64,000 nucleotides of DNA from Nageia nagi (GCA_050084985.1 JBITNC010000002.1:5022001-5086000); one strand, 5' to 3'; counted from the stretch's first letter, positions 11,936 to 26,524 are shown. Program-made: numbers and translations. Notes: generated by a model from the sequence alone, not told the origin.

Positions 11936-12399
11936 ACTCTTACTTATAATAGAAAGTTAAGCACATGTTCCTTTTCATCATATTGATAATAATATATTGA
12001 TAGTGCTTATTTATATTTTAATTATTACTATGGATGGTTCGAATGGTTCTATAAAGTTGAGGAAGTGCTAAATAATGCTTAAAATTAGTATTAAATGTAA
12101 TTAGTACCTCCATCCTTTCCATAATAGAAACTACATCTCAAAAAACAATACAAAAAGGTTCCTAATGAAGATTTGTGTAAAGAAAGAACTTTACTTATTC
12201 TTCCTTGGTATTGCTTTTATTTATAAATATTAAAACAATTTTGAAAGGACCTTATACCTCTTACATTTGATTTCACATATTTGTAATGAGCTCAAATTTG
12301 GATCAGAAATGAGTTATAGGCAGAGAATGAGGAGCATATTCTTGATTTTAGGTAAACCTAAACACAAAAAAATAAAAATATATATAAATAACATAGATA

Positions 12400-14340
12400 T
12401 AGGACCACATTCCCCTTCAACTACGTTTGATTCTGGATGGGATCTCCAATCCAGGTTTTCTTTTGCAACCTCTTCAAACTTGTTTTTCCAAAATAGGTGA
12501 TGACTCTGATCCTATTTCTAAAGGTATAAGCCTCCTCCTTTATCACCCCCTTTTCAATTAGTTGCTCAATTATGAAGTAGTATTTTTGGGGTTGAGGTTT
12601 CAGAACATTATTTACCTTTTCTTGCTTCTTTGATCCTTTTTGCCATTTCTTTAGTGTGTTGGATCAACATATCCCTGCACTTCTTCTCTAGAGCTCTTTT
12701 CATTGTTTTTGATGGAGTGAAACCAAAGAGCCTTTCCATCTTTTCCATATGAATGGCTACCTCTTCATCATTAACATTCTATAGGGCTCTAACTTCTCGA
12801 GTCTTTAGGATCTTTAAGTCCATAGAGATCTCTTCCTTAATTCTATGTTAGATCACCTCCTGCTTGTAGCTTTGGGATATTCTTCGAGATCCTCTCCAAT
12901 GATCGCTTGTTTGTCTCTTCTGCTTGTTTCTCCTCAAAGGTTACCTTCCCATTCCATTAGGTTTGATGGAAACAGTCTACTTCTTATGAGATTACTTTAG
13001 GAACCTTTGAGGCATCTTAGCTAGAATTCTTATTCCTAAGGTCAAAGGGCTCTCCCTTTCATTTGGGTGGATCTTTTCTTATATTATCCCCAAACTAGAT
13101 TTCAAGGATTTCCTCTAACTCTTTTTGAAGTTGGACTACCACCCACTAGTCTTGTTGCTTAATATTGAGAGGGCCACTTGTCTTTCTTTATTCTGGTTGC
13201 TAATTTTTGAGGTGGATGCTTTTCTCCATCACTTCCTTCTATCATGGAATATCTTCTAACTCCTTAGCTAGAGGATTTGTAGAAAATTTAATTATTGCAA
13301 CCTCTAAGGTTTTAAAAACCTCTTGGTTCAATGGCATTGGATTATTAGGCTTAGCCAAATCCACTCCATTGTTGCTAGGCTTTTCTGTCATTTCCTTCGT
13401 ACATCTACAAATTGGGTGACTCACATATCTACACATAGAATATGCCCTTGGCTTGGATTCATATTTGATTTCCTATTCCCAACTCCCCAAATCAAACACT
13501 AGGGTAATGGATTTCAAGAGGTTTGCATCCAAGTTTACTTGTACACTAATACGAGCAAAGACCATCCTACACTTGTCTTTTGTGGCTTATCTACAACTAT
13601 AAGAGTTTCAACTATTCTAGCAATATCCATTAACACATCCTCATGCCAAAACTGAATAGGTAGTCTAGGTATTCTTATCCACATGGGAGCCATATTAAAT
13701 CGTTGGGTATTTGGATCAAAATCAGGCCCCTATTTTCTTAAGAAGAAACCTTTCTTTCCAAACAAAACCATGGCCCACTTGAGAGAATTTGTTGCATATC
13801 ATCTTTTAAGTCTAGACTTACCAAGAAAATCCCTCTTAGAAGAGTTGTGATATATAATGATGCCTTTGGTCTCCACTTGCCTACAATGCAACGCCTTAGG
13901 TTGTCTAAATCTAATCTAGGTCCAAACAAATTTTCGACCAAATCAAAAACGCCTTATTCCTGCTCAAAAATAGTGATGGCTGAAGGAATTATCAACTTAC
14001 CTTATTATGGGTCCAAGTCCACAATATGGTTTGATTTCCTCTTTCTAGAGTTCTCCTAGACAATCTACAACCAAAATTTGAGGCTTTGTTGGATTCCTGC
14101 AGTGTAGACATCCTTTTCCTAACCTTTGGAAGGTCACATAGGGCCTACATTCCCAAAAGCACCTAACTCCACTTGAACCCCCAGATCAAAGGTTTGATTC
14201 ATAACTTCTACATTGCCTCCACCACCCTTCACCCCACCACCCTCCTTGCATTGTCTTTGCTCGCAATCATCCACTCTGCTCTTTAAAACCCTAACCATTA
14301 AGCTCCTGCCCATTGCTCGATTTGAAAAACCACCACTCCA
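12400..14340 (-). mobile_element. Degenerate L1-type LINE, ORF1 region (DUF4283 + zinc knuckle)
   Basis: WRPK..GIFLVSLDLKDDMQQILSSGPWF; WIRIPRLPIQFWHEDVL; FARISVQVNL; CCHC-like remnant. Boundaries approximate. Confidence 0.7.
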
Positions 14341-16586
14341 CTCTATTTGTTGTTAAGAGTTTCCTTGATATTATTTTAAGAGAATGATGTTTAATACTTT
14401 GTAGCTCATCAGAACTTTCTCCGCATGTTATATTGTCTTTCAACTCCTTGTAGGGACTATATAAATGATGTCTTTTAACATCCTTTAAATCTAATGGTTT
14501 GTAGAACCTATCAAATTTTGTCTTAGTCTCATGCCTAAATACAATAGTTTCAAGGGGGGTCTATTTCAACCCACCTATTTGAACTATAATGTTGGTTGAA
14601 GCCTTCAACCAAGGGCAACTTATTCTTGTGTTTTTCTAATCATTTATGCTATTTAACTCATCACCATCCTAAATTATGTGTATAACCAACATGCACATAA
14701 ATTATAACAAAAAAGTGAGATTCAACTATTCAAAATAATAGATTGATGCCTTATCCATTGGATTTGGGGTAATCCAAATACTCAATGGTTCAAAGTGACC
14801 CAAAGATGTGTTTAATGAGAAGAAATCACTTATTTTTCTTAGAAAATAAAATTAAAAAAAATGGATAACAAACATAATATTGAAGCAAGAGTCAGGAACA
14901 ATATTGTTTTCATTGTATTAATGAGATCCAAAAATTACAAAGATACCACCATAGAACAAGAGTCCTTGATAGGATACATCACCATATAATGAGAGGTTAT
15001 TCCATAATTTAGCTTCAATCAAGACTATAACTTGATAAAATTTGAGCACAACACCACCTTTTACTTACAACATTGCTAAAATAAGGATCGTGAGAGAGGG
15101 AAAAAGAGAAACAAAAAGAACACAAAACCCAAACAAGATGAACTAGCTTAGTACCTATATGAGACTGAAGCTTTTCCCTTTAGCCTAAGTCTTTCTCTCT
15201 ATACTTACTATGGAGGCTTTGTAACCAATCACCCTTTCACACATGTTTATTCTTGATTGAGTGGTCATTAGTAGATTCCTCTTCCACTATTCTCATGCAG
15301 TTCTCAACATGTTCAAAGTACTCGCACCACCTCTTTTCATCATTGCCAAATACATGTTGATGAGTGTCATAGATGGCTTCCTAGAGAACAAGTAGGTACA
15401 ATACGACACATTTATTTTATTATAAATAATCAATAGAATTTGCATCATACTATTTACATTGGCCTCAATTTCTTCTGTCATATTTGACCAAACAATGCGA
15501 CCACTCCGAAAACCCTTCAAAATGACTCACATTAGGGTTGACATGACCTTGCTCCACATTCCAGTTGGCCACCTTTCAGATTGCAACCGCCAAGCCATTA
15601 GGGTTTGTATCCTAGTTAATACCAATATAGGAAAGAATAATCCTAGGATTGAATCTTCAAAGAGGGTAAGAAGGATATCCTCTAAGATTTAAAGGGATAT
15701 CCTTAACCAATAGAAAGAGAGAAAAAGAGAGAACAAGAAGTCAAGTTACTAATGTAAGGGGTCAAAGTTCTGTTTACCACAATTTCTTATTCATGTCACT
15801 CCTTACCAAATAAAAATGAAATTTCATCCTCTCCATTGCAGAAATTTTATCTTAAAAACCATACAAAAAGGTTACTATTGAATATATTTGTAAAGAAAAC
15901 AAGACTTTTAGCTATCTTTCATTGATATTATTTAAGTAACAGAACAATGTTGATATTTCATAGTCCATCATAACCTTTTCCACAATTTCTTATTCATATC
16001 ACTTAGCAAATAAAAATGAGCTCAACTACGAGCATCCAATGAAAAGCTATGTTCCAATAAACATTAGATTGTCTGGAGCAATTGATAAAGAAAATGAAAT
16101 ACCTATGGTTTGAATCTAGCATTAAATTTTTTCTATCTGTCTGAGATATTAAATTTAGTGGAGACAAACAGATCCTCTTTGATTTTAATTTAAACTTAAA
16201 ATAAATCAAACTCATTGCTTGCAAAGATTTATTGATTTGAACTCCCCTACAAAGTTATAACAGATAATTTTTGAAGATCGCTTGCATTACAAAACATTTT
16301 CTAAGAAATTCCAATATTTAACACACTTAAGTGATTTAGAAGATTAATTTGCCTGTGTTACAGCATATGACTTTTAGCTTTTTGATTTGAGAGATGAAAT
16401 TGCTTGTGTTTCAACTAACAAATGAGGAGGACAGGAGTGGTGAGCACACATAAATATTTACGTCAAAATGCACTAACCCGCAACAGAGAATTGCATATGA
16501 AGACCCTAAATACAATTAATGCCACTGTTTTGTAATATCTCAAATGCCAATTTTTGGCTAACCTCAAGGAGGATATGTGACTGATG

Positions 16587-17191
16587 CTATGAGCCTCCAT
16601 TCACATAGTTGGGTATCACTGAAACTTGATATTCAGCATTATCAGCAATCAAGGAATGTGAACCCAAAGCTAGCACTCTCTGTCCATTCTCTTCGATGGT
16701 GCTGAAATGATCACATGGCCTGACAAGGAACCTGACTTTTACTTTATGGTTTGCTGGTATATGAACACTTCTGAATCCAATGAGCTGCCTCTTTGGAGCT
16801 CCTTTATGTGTTGCAGGAGATTTTGAATACAAGAGCACAGAATGCCTTCCATTCATAGTACCATGGTTTCGAACAATAATGTGAGAAGTGAATTTTAGTT
16901 TTCCACAATGGGTATCCTTTACACTGATATGTTGAATGCTTTCATTGCTTTGAACTTGAGCTTGCTCAGCTAGTGTGACATTCAGATAAATTTCCTTAGT
17001 TGTTGATGAAGAGAATTTATGTGAATATCTTGAGTAACTCAACCCCTCACCAAATTTGAACACTGGTTTCCCCGTATAGAACCTGTATGTTCGACCTGGA
17101 TAGCCTGTTTGATGATTAGGTCGCATGTTCATGTCTGTCATGGGTATCTTCACAAAATCTTGGGGGTACCATGTCATTGGCAACCTTCCAC
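16587..17191 (-). CDS. BXL7: BXL7-like exon 7
   Basis: [10 protein letters not shown]...GRTYRFY...Fn3-like domain to the stop codon. Confidence 0.93.
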
Positions 17192-20100
17192 CTGCAATTG
17201 TAAGTGAAGTTTCATTTGCTTATTCAAAAGCAGCAAATCCCTAGCTTCATATTGAACTTGTAAACCAAGTCATGCAATTTTTAATTAAAAGCAATTAGAA
17301 GAAGCATATCGGAAGAATAAAAGCAATAAAAAATCTCGTGGAAAGTGAATCACAGAGAATATCTAGTACCAGCAGTATGTCAATGTGATCCGTATAAACT
17401 TTGATTGATATTCTGAAAATATTTGAAAGAAAGACAAGCTTCTATTTGTGAAGTTAAACTCTAGTTAACAAAATCAAATTTATCAAGAAATTAAGATATA
17501 TGCCTGTTACTCGAAATACATGATCAATTTGAATATAGCCTTCAGATAAACTACTCCATACCTTCTCTATTGATTATATCCCATAAAAACATAAACCTTA
17601 TCTTGCTCTCAGCAATCATTCAGCTCATACAAATTCTCTAGGTAACATGGAGTTCTCTTCTTAGAACCCATCATATTTTAAAAGGTGCATATTAAATTTG
17701 AAGAATGCACTCAAATGTTAGGTGTAAAGGGCAACAAATCGGAGAGAGGCACAGACAAATCTTCAAATAGGGATGCAATCACTGTGTAGAATTTAAAAAT
17801 CAGGGTAAGGTTATATCATCAAGCACTGGGTGGGAAAAGGATCAAAATAAATTGACACTTTGACTAAACATGCAACAAGGGTGAAGTTGAGGATGATGAG
17901 ATGAATGTAATAGATGGTTTCAGACCTTCAATAACATAAAACTGAAATATTCAATTAGTAATTTTGAGGTATTAAGCATTATGAGATAAAGTTCCACAGG
18001 GGCATTAAGGCTATATTTGAACAATAGAAAGTCATTCATGAATCTCGATAATATGGATAAAAAAGAATCTTATCAGCATTCTATAGCTGTCTGTCAGCTA
18101 CATCATTTAGAGTGGACACAATTTATATAGGCTCAAAAAACCAAAAACTTTACATCCATATTTGTTTTCTTCATCCCATGAGCCTCTGCTGATAGCTGCA
18201 CGCTTCAAAATAATAGTCAAATTCTATAGTCTTCTAAAAGCAAGGAAACAGTCAACTTGCCTAGCCTCACTCCCATGCAACTCCACTTGCAGAAACAACA
18301 GCTTGACAATTTTAAGTACTTCATTGCTTTTAATCATTGTTCAACTTCATGAAAAGTTCAAAGCTTTTATATTTTATAGTTGCTGACGCTTCTGTTAGAC
18401 CTGAATATCGAAGGAAAAACTGCTTCAATTGTTTCTTATAATACTTTACAGTTACTCTTGCCTTTCAAGTCAGAGAATAAATCTACATCCACCCCAACAT
18501 TTTTTAAGAGAAGAATAGAAGTAAATCACAGGGGGAAACACTGCCCGAGTTGTAGGGAATTAAGAGGACCAGAATATACCTGGATTGTAGTCACCAAAAA
18601 TAATCTCTGCAAGGGCCTGGCCGCCAGCCTCACCAGGGTACCCTGACCAAACGATACTGGAAATACTAGGTTCATTTACTGCAAAAGATATATCCACTGG
18701 ACCACCACACAAGATGACAAGCACTACAGGCTTTTTTGTAGCATGAAAGACTTCAGAAACTAACTTCTGCTGTTCACCAGGTAGGATCAAATTCACTCTA
18801 TCTTGTTCTTCCCTTTCTTGAGTTAGGTCTAAACCAACAACTAAAACCACTTGGTCAGCTTCTCTAGAAATTCTTCTGGCTTCACTGAACATAGTGTCAG
18901 ATGAGCAAGCCACGTTCTCACATCCTGGTGCATACAGTGTATTCTTGATGTATTTCTGCAGGCCTTGAAGTGGTGTTATGGTCTTACAAGGAATTCCTGT
19001 ACAATTATGAGAAGGGAAAATCCTAAATTATAATGAAATACCCTTTATAGAGAACAAATATCTAAGCACCACAGTCTGATGATGAAGTTAGTCATAACAA
19101 AATAGAAACTAGAGCATCATGAGGAATGTCTACATCTAAATTTGTAAGATAAATTCACCAATACTTGAAGATGACTAATACTTGTAAAAGGAACCAAACG
19201 ATAATCCATCCTCCTTTCATATTAGATAAATGAAAAAACTTAGGAAACACTTGTCTAAATAATCAAAATGAAAGCCAACCATGGTAATTTCCAAGAAGTA
19301 TAGTTGCATTGTTGGCATTGGGTCCAATGACAGCTAAAGACTTGATATCTGTTTTTGAGAGAGGCAAATGTTTTCTGCTATTCTTGAGCAGCACAATGCC
19401 CTGCCTTGCAGCTTCAAGTGCCAGTTCTTGATGCTCAGATGAACACACTTCAGCTGTTGTGAGTTTACCATAGAGTTGTTGGCTAAGGTCGCCAGAAAAA
19501 AGCCCCAGACGCATACGCACAGAGAATAAATTGTAAAGGGCTCTGTTGACATCTGATTCATTCAATTTTCCTTTTTGGATTGCTGATATGGTGTATTTTT
19601 GCAAATAGCTTCCACAGTTTACATCCATTCCTGACGAAGAACAACATAAATACTATGTTCAGATCAGCAGTCAATCCATCATGTCAATATAATTTCAATC
19701 TTACCTGAATTTTGAAATCCTTTTTCAACAATAGTTCATCTTAGCCAATGTGTAATATAACACTTTTGAAATCTTAATAACAACAACAGTGTTTATTGAT
19801 TATTCTATCAAGCAAACATCACAAGAATCCAAAACACATTTAGTAACACACAAAATGTAGACTCGGAACAATATTAAATGCTACAATCACCTTCTCCCAT
19901 GGACTGGGATCAAACACAGCAATGTTAGATCTTAGAATTGAAAGCTCCTGCTCTTTAAGTCAGATTAACTCTGTCAAAGCTAAGAATAGAGACACAAAAT
20001 TTTGTGTATCTTTGTATCCTGACAATAACTCATATGAGTCATACCATTACTCTTTTCTTGTAATCTGATTCAAACAAACCTTACTCTTTTATACAAAATC

Positions 20101-23100
20101 TATGATTATCACGAGAAGGAAACATCTATAACACAAGATCACTCGATTAAAATTACACAAGTTGATCCTTCCATCATCATGTGACCAAATACATTTTCCT
20201 AAAACTCTGCAAGCATTTAACTTAATGCCAGGCAAAACTGTAGCCAAGAATATGGCTATATAGGATTAAAAAATGTGTTTACAGAGTATAAATTGGGAAA
20301 TGCATGTTTACTGATCTTTACTTTGAAAATACTTGTTTACCTGCTTTCAGAACATCTGCTACTGCATCTTCAGCAGTTGGTGCATACTGATGAGCAGTTT
20401 GTATGATTGAAACAGCATCACAGTCTGAGGTTATGTATCTTAAAAAACAAAGGCAAGTATGATAAGTTCAAGAAAAATTTATACATTCATCTGCGTGAAT
20501 AATGTATTAATGTCAAAGCAGATAATCACCCTTGAAATCTCCAGTTATGTCTTGCAGTTTCTGTAAGAAGATTGTAATCTGCACATGGAGGAACTCCATT
20601 AACTCTGTTATAGGAGCACATTATACCACTAGCTCGCCCTTGTTCCACACAACTCTTGAATGGTGGTTGGTATGTATCAAATAAGTCCTGTTTACTCACC
20701 TGATCATAAATAATCCAATTAAATTAAATGAAACTTAATCAAGGCCATGTAGACTCACTTCCAAAAATTATATGAAATCATTACTGTAACTGCCTCTTTC
20801 TTAGTAGGTGCCTACATAATGTAAGCTACAGTACAAACTGCAAAAGCCTAAAAAGACCAAACAATTCTTACAAGTGCATTGAAAGAGTAACGAGTGTGCC
20901 CCTCCCAGTTATCCATATCATAAGCTGTGAAGTGTTTGCAGCATGCAGAAGCTCTTAAATGGTGCTGGTTTTTAGGTGGCCCCCTCATCCTAGCAGAAAG
21001 CACATCACCTTGCAACCCTCGAACGTAGGCAACAGCATACTTGCCAGCCACCAAAGGATCCTCTCCCGGGGTTTCTTGACCTCGTCCCCATCGAGGATCC
21101 CTAAAAATGTTGATGTTAGGAGCCCAGAATGTAAGTCCTGATGCCTGCCCCGCATTGTACATTGCCCTGGCTTCAATGCCAGTAGCCTACAAACACAATA
21201 TTCTTTATCAATTCAGAGCTCAAAGATTGGGAAGCATTAATCTATTAGGATTTTACCATTTCAACAGATAGATCCTATTTGGGTTTTACCTTTTGCTTAC
21301 AATCTTGTCTTACCAACTGTGGTGTTTGTGCCAATATTCCTGGTCAAAGTTTAACAAAAATGAACGAATATTGATTTTTACTGATTGTCAGCAGGATGTC
21401 TGATCCAAATGTTGATATTGAAAACATGACTTCAAACAATCCCAACATGAAAACATAAGAAACTTTATCTTCCTAGAAACTAACTGGTATATTCTTCATA
21501 TCTCATAAAAAAGATATGGACGGTGTTTGAACCCTTCCTCTTCCTGGCTTAAATGTTCAAGGCAAAAGACTGTCTTACAAGCTTGGTGCTTTTTAGGTGG
21601 GGTCACTTAATAACGGGTGGGTATGGTTCTCAAAGAAGATTTATCAGCTTATAATGAACAAGAAATGGAAGTTAAGATATCTAATATCACGAGTACAATG
21701 GTCAAATTAATGTAAATATTCATGGGAGAAGGTGATTGTAGGATATGTTTACTGATTCTAGAATTTGTAAGTGGGTTTTTACATTTGTATGTTAACAAAA
21801 GACAATTTCCAAATCATACATCAAGTTGCGTCATTGGGCTGTGGAAAAACTGCAAATATCAAGAGATATTAAGTGTCCAAAGACAATAAGAGAATGTGCA
21901 TCCACCGATTGTTTGAACCGGAGAAAAAGAAAGAGTAGATGAGATCCAATGGAAAATGAGACACAAAGATACTGTAGGAGAAGTTCACAGAAAAACCTGA
22001 GCTTTACAGAGTAGATGAGATAACAGTATCTCTTAACATTAGGATACACAATAGTGCATAGCTTCTCTAATGAAAAACCTGAGCCTTACAGTAAAGATGA
22101 CAAAGCTTCCACCAATAACTATCATCAATGATGATGGCAAAGCTTGATTTTGGTGTATAGTGAAGCTAGCAAATTACACACATCACCACAAGTTGAATGT
22201 AAGTCCAAATAAGATGATCTTTAGGAATTTCCGTTGGGTCCTTTTTTCCCCTTGAACCATTGTACCAGTACACAAAATATTTTGCCCCTCCCAAAGGAAC
22301 AAAAAATAGCTCTTAATATATTTTATATGGGGAATATAGGGCTACAGGTTTTGAATGGAGCAACATATGAGAATCCATCAACTCCCTTTAGAATGAAGCA
22401 CTCTTTTTAAAGACGAGCATCATGGCTCACCTTATAACATGTCCACAACCCATATCCATTCATACAACAAAATGATCAAATGTAAGGTAAACTATTTAGG
22501 TCACAGACTAGCTAGCACATCTATAGCCTTATGACAACTCTCTTCCTACACTGTAAAATTTACATTGACAGAAAAAGAAAGGGCTTTAGGTAAACGATCA
22601 TTCTTTAGGTCACAGCTCCGATATACTGTATGTTCATAAGTTTCTATCCACGAGCTTAACTTGTAGTAAATCAAGCCTCTAGCGCTCCATCTAAGGCCAT
22701 GGTACAATCAATATCTTAAGTTCATTTCTACAAGACTATAAAACATTGAAATGTATGTCCATGAGTTTCCACCCATTCAAATCAAGGCTTGGCCAATCTA
22801 TCTAAGCTCCAGCAGCTACAATCAATACCAAAAGATTATTTTTCTAAGAGGTGAGAAGATTGAAATGTATATCCATGAGTTTCCATCTAAGCCTAAGGTA
22901 CAGTAAAGAAAAAAAACATGGAAATGCATGATCATGGGTTCCCAGTCTCTGCCAATCCATATAAGTCCCAGGCCTAGTCACTATGATAAGTTTATTTCTA
23001 CTAAACATTGAAATGGTAAAGATGGTATTTGAATTCCTCAACATAAACGTGATAGATATAGAGATACAGGTGAAATCTAACCTGGGCAATGTGATACCAG

Positions 23101-23465
23101 AGCGTGACATTGAATGATGCTGCACTCAGAATAACCTGAGGGAAACTGGTAGCCGAACGAACAGTACCATCAAAGCGAATCCCATGACCAGACTGCGCCA
23201 CCCCATGCAGAGCCTCCGACCACCACTCATACTTGGGAACCCCCAACCTCTGTATTCCATCCGCAGTCGTCACCAGCTGCCCCACCTTCTCCTCCAAACT
23301 CAACCTCCTTATCAAATCCTCCACACGCTCTCTCATCGGTTTGGAACCATCACAGAAAAGATAGTCTCCGTTTCTCTTCCCGCAGGCATAAGGTGGATAA
23401 TCTGCCACCACCCTTAACATACCCACAACAAGATTCACCACCATAAACACCAATGGCAGACCCAT
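16587..23465 (-). CDS. BXL7: Beta-D-xylosidase / alpha-L-arabinofuranosidase, glycoside hydrolase family 3 (BXL7-like); 7 exons, 2340 nt CDS, 779 aa
   Basis: Exons 23082-23465, 20872-21186, 20530-20699, 20341-20438, 19280-19630, 18580-18996, 16587-17191 join in frame through GT-AG introns. Signal-peptide-like N-terminus. GH3 motifs [41 protein letters not shown], nucleophile in [36 protein letters not shown], and an Fn3-like C-terminus. The subfamily call is from recalled motif similarity. Confidence 0.93.
18580..18996 (-). CDS. BXL7: BXL7-like exon 6
   Basis: [12 protein letters not shown]...QEREEQDR...[21 protein letters not shown]. Confidence 0.93.
19280..19630 (-). CDS. BXL7: BXL7-like exon 5
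   Basis: [13 protein letters not shown]...[18 protein letters not shown]. Confidence 0.93.
20341..20438 (-). CDS. BXL7: BXL7-like exon 4 (catalytic nucleophile)
   Basis: [12 protein letters not shown]...[10 protein letters not shown]; TTTTAAG acceptor, G|GTAAAC donor. Confidence 0.92.
20530..20699 (-). CDS. BXL7: BXL7-like exon 3
   Basis: [35 protein letters not shown]...WRFQG; flanked by AG and GT. Confidence 0.92.
20872..21186 (-). CDS. BXL7: BXL7-like exon 2
   Basis: acceptor TTTGTAG|GCT; [14 protein letters not shown]...YSFNAL; donor CTT|GTAAG. Confidence 0.93.
23082..23465 (-). CDS. BXL7: BXL7-like exon 1
   Basis: [10 protein letters not shown]...EWWSEALHG...WYHIAQ, donor CAG|GTTAG. 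Confidence 0.92.
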
Positions 23466-26379
23466 CCTGCAAAACTGGGAGCGTGACTGTGTGACACTGC
23501 ATTCTATAAGAAGATCTATTGTAGTTAGTTAAGTAGTGGATGACTAACCTTGAACGTAATTAAAATCTTCTTCCATTCTGTTTTGCAGCTGTATGTCAGA
23601 CAGCTAGAAAAGTTGTCGGGTTGTGGAATATAGCACGGTGCAATGAATGACTGTCACAGAAAGCCTCGGAATCTGGTGTTGAAAGCTGCCATCGCTAAAG
23701 TTTGGCGTCTTGTTCTGGGTGGATAATGTCATGGAAGTTGAATGTGATGGAGGTGATGTTTTTGGTTTATCTTAAAAAAATTAAAAATTAATCATGCAGA
23801 CCTTGCATGTCACCTGTGATTCTCTCCCATAAAATGGATCATGTGATTAATTATTACGAAGAGAATGTGGATTGTTATTTTGTAATATGTGATGTGTTGA
23901 ATTGGTGAAGCGGGTAATTTTTATTGTGGAGTTTTGGATTTGAGTTTGAATTATAGTATTTTTTTGTATTTTAAAAAAAAAGATTTTTTAATAAAAAAAT
24001 ATAATATGCAAATATTATAGATGGTTTAAAAGATAATTTCAAAGTTTTATATTATTGATGTATTTTTTGTCTTTAGTTTTGATATTTTTTATTTACTTTT
24101 TTGTTCTAGAATATAATGAAATAAGATTTAATACTTTCATTTAGCATGATTTGAATGTTTAAAATAGATGTGTCAATGTTAATGCAAGTCTACACAACTA
24201 AATGAGATGTTTAAAGTTTTGGGTTTTGGGTTTTTTCTTTTTGGATCATCTCTTGCTACTATTTGGTAGCATGTTCTTGAGAGAGTTATTTCTAAGTTAA
24301 ATTACTCATCCATAAGTCATTATTTTTAGTTGATAAATTTCATATTTGTTCTACTAAAGTTCTTTTAGCAACTTATGTTTATTAGTGCTTTTGTTCAATC
24401 TCTTTTGTTGCATATCATAAGAAGCTAAAATATTTATTGATGGATTTTTCTTTAAGCTTCTCCCTACGAGTCTAGCTTTCATACAGTTGTTTAGGATACT
24501 TGTTGTCTTTCAACTAAATTCGGAGGTATGTGTTTGATGAATATTTGCAAACAAAGTCTAGTATCGTGTGTTAAATGGATAGTCAAAGCTTTGGAAGGGG
24601 AGGAGGTATTGGAAGTTCTTTTGTGTCATTACATTTTCTTGAAGATATTAAGCAAAAATTTGGCTTATAAAATAAGATAAAATTGCTTATTATTATTTAT
24701 ATGATGTTATGTTATACCATATGAATTAGAGTTGAAGTTTTCTTTCATTTTATGGTGGCCATGGTGGAAAGATTAACAATAGTATATAAAAATATATTTT
24801 TAATGGTACAAGGTTAATATTATAAATAGGTGGTTGCCACCATATTTTTTTATAGTATATAAGTTAAATGAAGAGTGGGATTTGATGTCTTCAATTGGAA
24901 ATTAGATAAAACAATTATCGAATATTTAGAAGTTATAATTTGAGATGAAGGTACTCACTTCGCTTGGTGCATCATGCATTAAGGCTTATCCCTTAGAATA
25001 AGATTGTAGTATCTGAGAATTTCAAGTCCTTGTAATGTCTTTTTGTAAATAGGAGGAAATAGTTTTTCATTTATTTAAGTATTATGTTAAGACTCAAAAT
25101 GCTTATGAGGCGATGATTTCTTTACCCCATTTTGTCTTAAAAATAATTTGCAATAAATTTTTCATAGATATCATATTAAAATACTAAAATTACCTTAATA
25201 ATGGCCATTGATCATAAAAATAAAGCCTCAAATGCATACTTTCCATAATGTGTTTATGTAAATTTACTCTAATGATTATTATCTATATCTTCAAAAACTT
25301 AACTTCAAAGATAAAGCTTAAGTATTGGTTTGAAAATTAACAACCTTAACTTCTCAAAAAGATTCCATATAGTTTTAATCCTTTAAAAAAAACTAGCCTA
25401 TATTAACTTATTTTAATTTTTTTAAGAAAAAATACCTATTTTTCTTTGAAAATATGTGGCCATCTTAATGATAAGATCAGAGAATGTGGAATATGAAGGT
25501 GACAATAATAAAAATGTTTGTGGTGAAGGAATTGAAGGATTAATTAACCAAGATCATTTGTGCATACTCCAACAAATTAACACTCAATATAACATCTTTT
25601 CTCTCAAGGTAACAATGAATAATCACACAAAGAGATAATAACACCAATGTATAGTGGTAAAACCTCTTATCTTTCTCCAAAAGGAAACATCCACTTTAAA
25701 CACACATTTTATTGCTCTTATAAAAACTTACAAAGTATTTGGCTTAAGGCCACAATGCTTAACTCTCCTACAAGAAACTAGCTTTATTCTAGCTCTTCAT
25801 AAAATAATAACATAACAATGGTCCCTAGAATGTGTGTCGTAACTCAAGGTCAAGCCTTCTTTCTATAAGAGAAAATCCCACTTTGGCTAACCCTTTTACC
25901 CAAGGGGAATACCATAAACTAAAGGATATGTGTATCCTCAAGTAGGGTGAGTAATGGAGTTGGAAGGCTTTACACCTCATGTACATCTATTAGTTACATG
26001 TGCACATACTTATATCATGAGTGTGTGGACCTATATGTACATGTGGAAAAACCCTTAATATAAAAGTAAGTGGGGTTTCATATTTTATTACATGAATAAT
26101 TCACTTATTAACATAAGTATATTATTATATGTTATTACAATTATTCCATATAAATAATACAAGTTTCATTATAATTTCCCCCTTGAATATACAAATGGGG
26201 ATGAGAATGAAGGAGGATTAATAGAGATCTACTAGCTTTAACATTAACTTTTAGATATATATTGACCATCTTCTTATAGATTTGTATCTACCTAAAAGAA
26301 CATGTAAAACTTAACCAGAAGATTTGCAACAATAAGCATAAGATATCATAACAAATAACGTAAGTTGCATTTAAGCAAT

Positions 26380-26524
26380 ACCTCATATGCACCGCATCAA
26401 GAATAATACATAACAATATCACATGTGCACCATATCATAACATGATATCTAATAATATCACATGTGCACATAACATGATATCTAATAATATCACATGTGC
26501 GCAACATCGTACATGATATCTAAC
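26380..26524. repeat. ~39-bp tandem repeat, left part
   Basis: Unit AATATCACATGTGCACAACATCATAACATGATATCTAAC. Confidence 0.85.

Noticed and set aside
14880-15720. ORFs 15293-15520 and 15459-15692
   Set aside because: No recognisable motifs; probably decayed repeat sequence.
15776-16020. ~45-bp direct repeat downstream of BXL7 (about 15777 and 15980)
   Set aside because: Short AT-rich local duplication with no TSD/TIR structure and no evidence of function.
23001-23081. ORF-track extensions of BXL exons (also 20848-20871, 19263-19279, 18560-18579)
   Set aside because: These are read-through past GT donors, not coding.
23184-23417. Antisense/overlapping ORFs on BXL exons (23184-23417, 20959-21141, 18380-18646)
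   Set aside because: Shadow ORFs of GC-richer coding sequence with no independent support.
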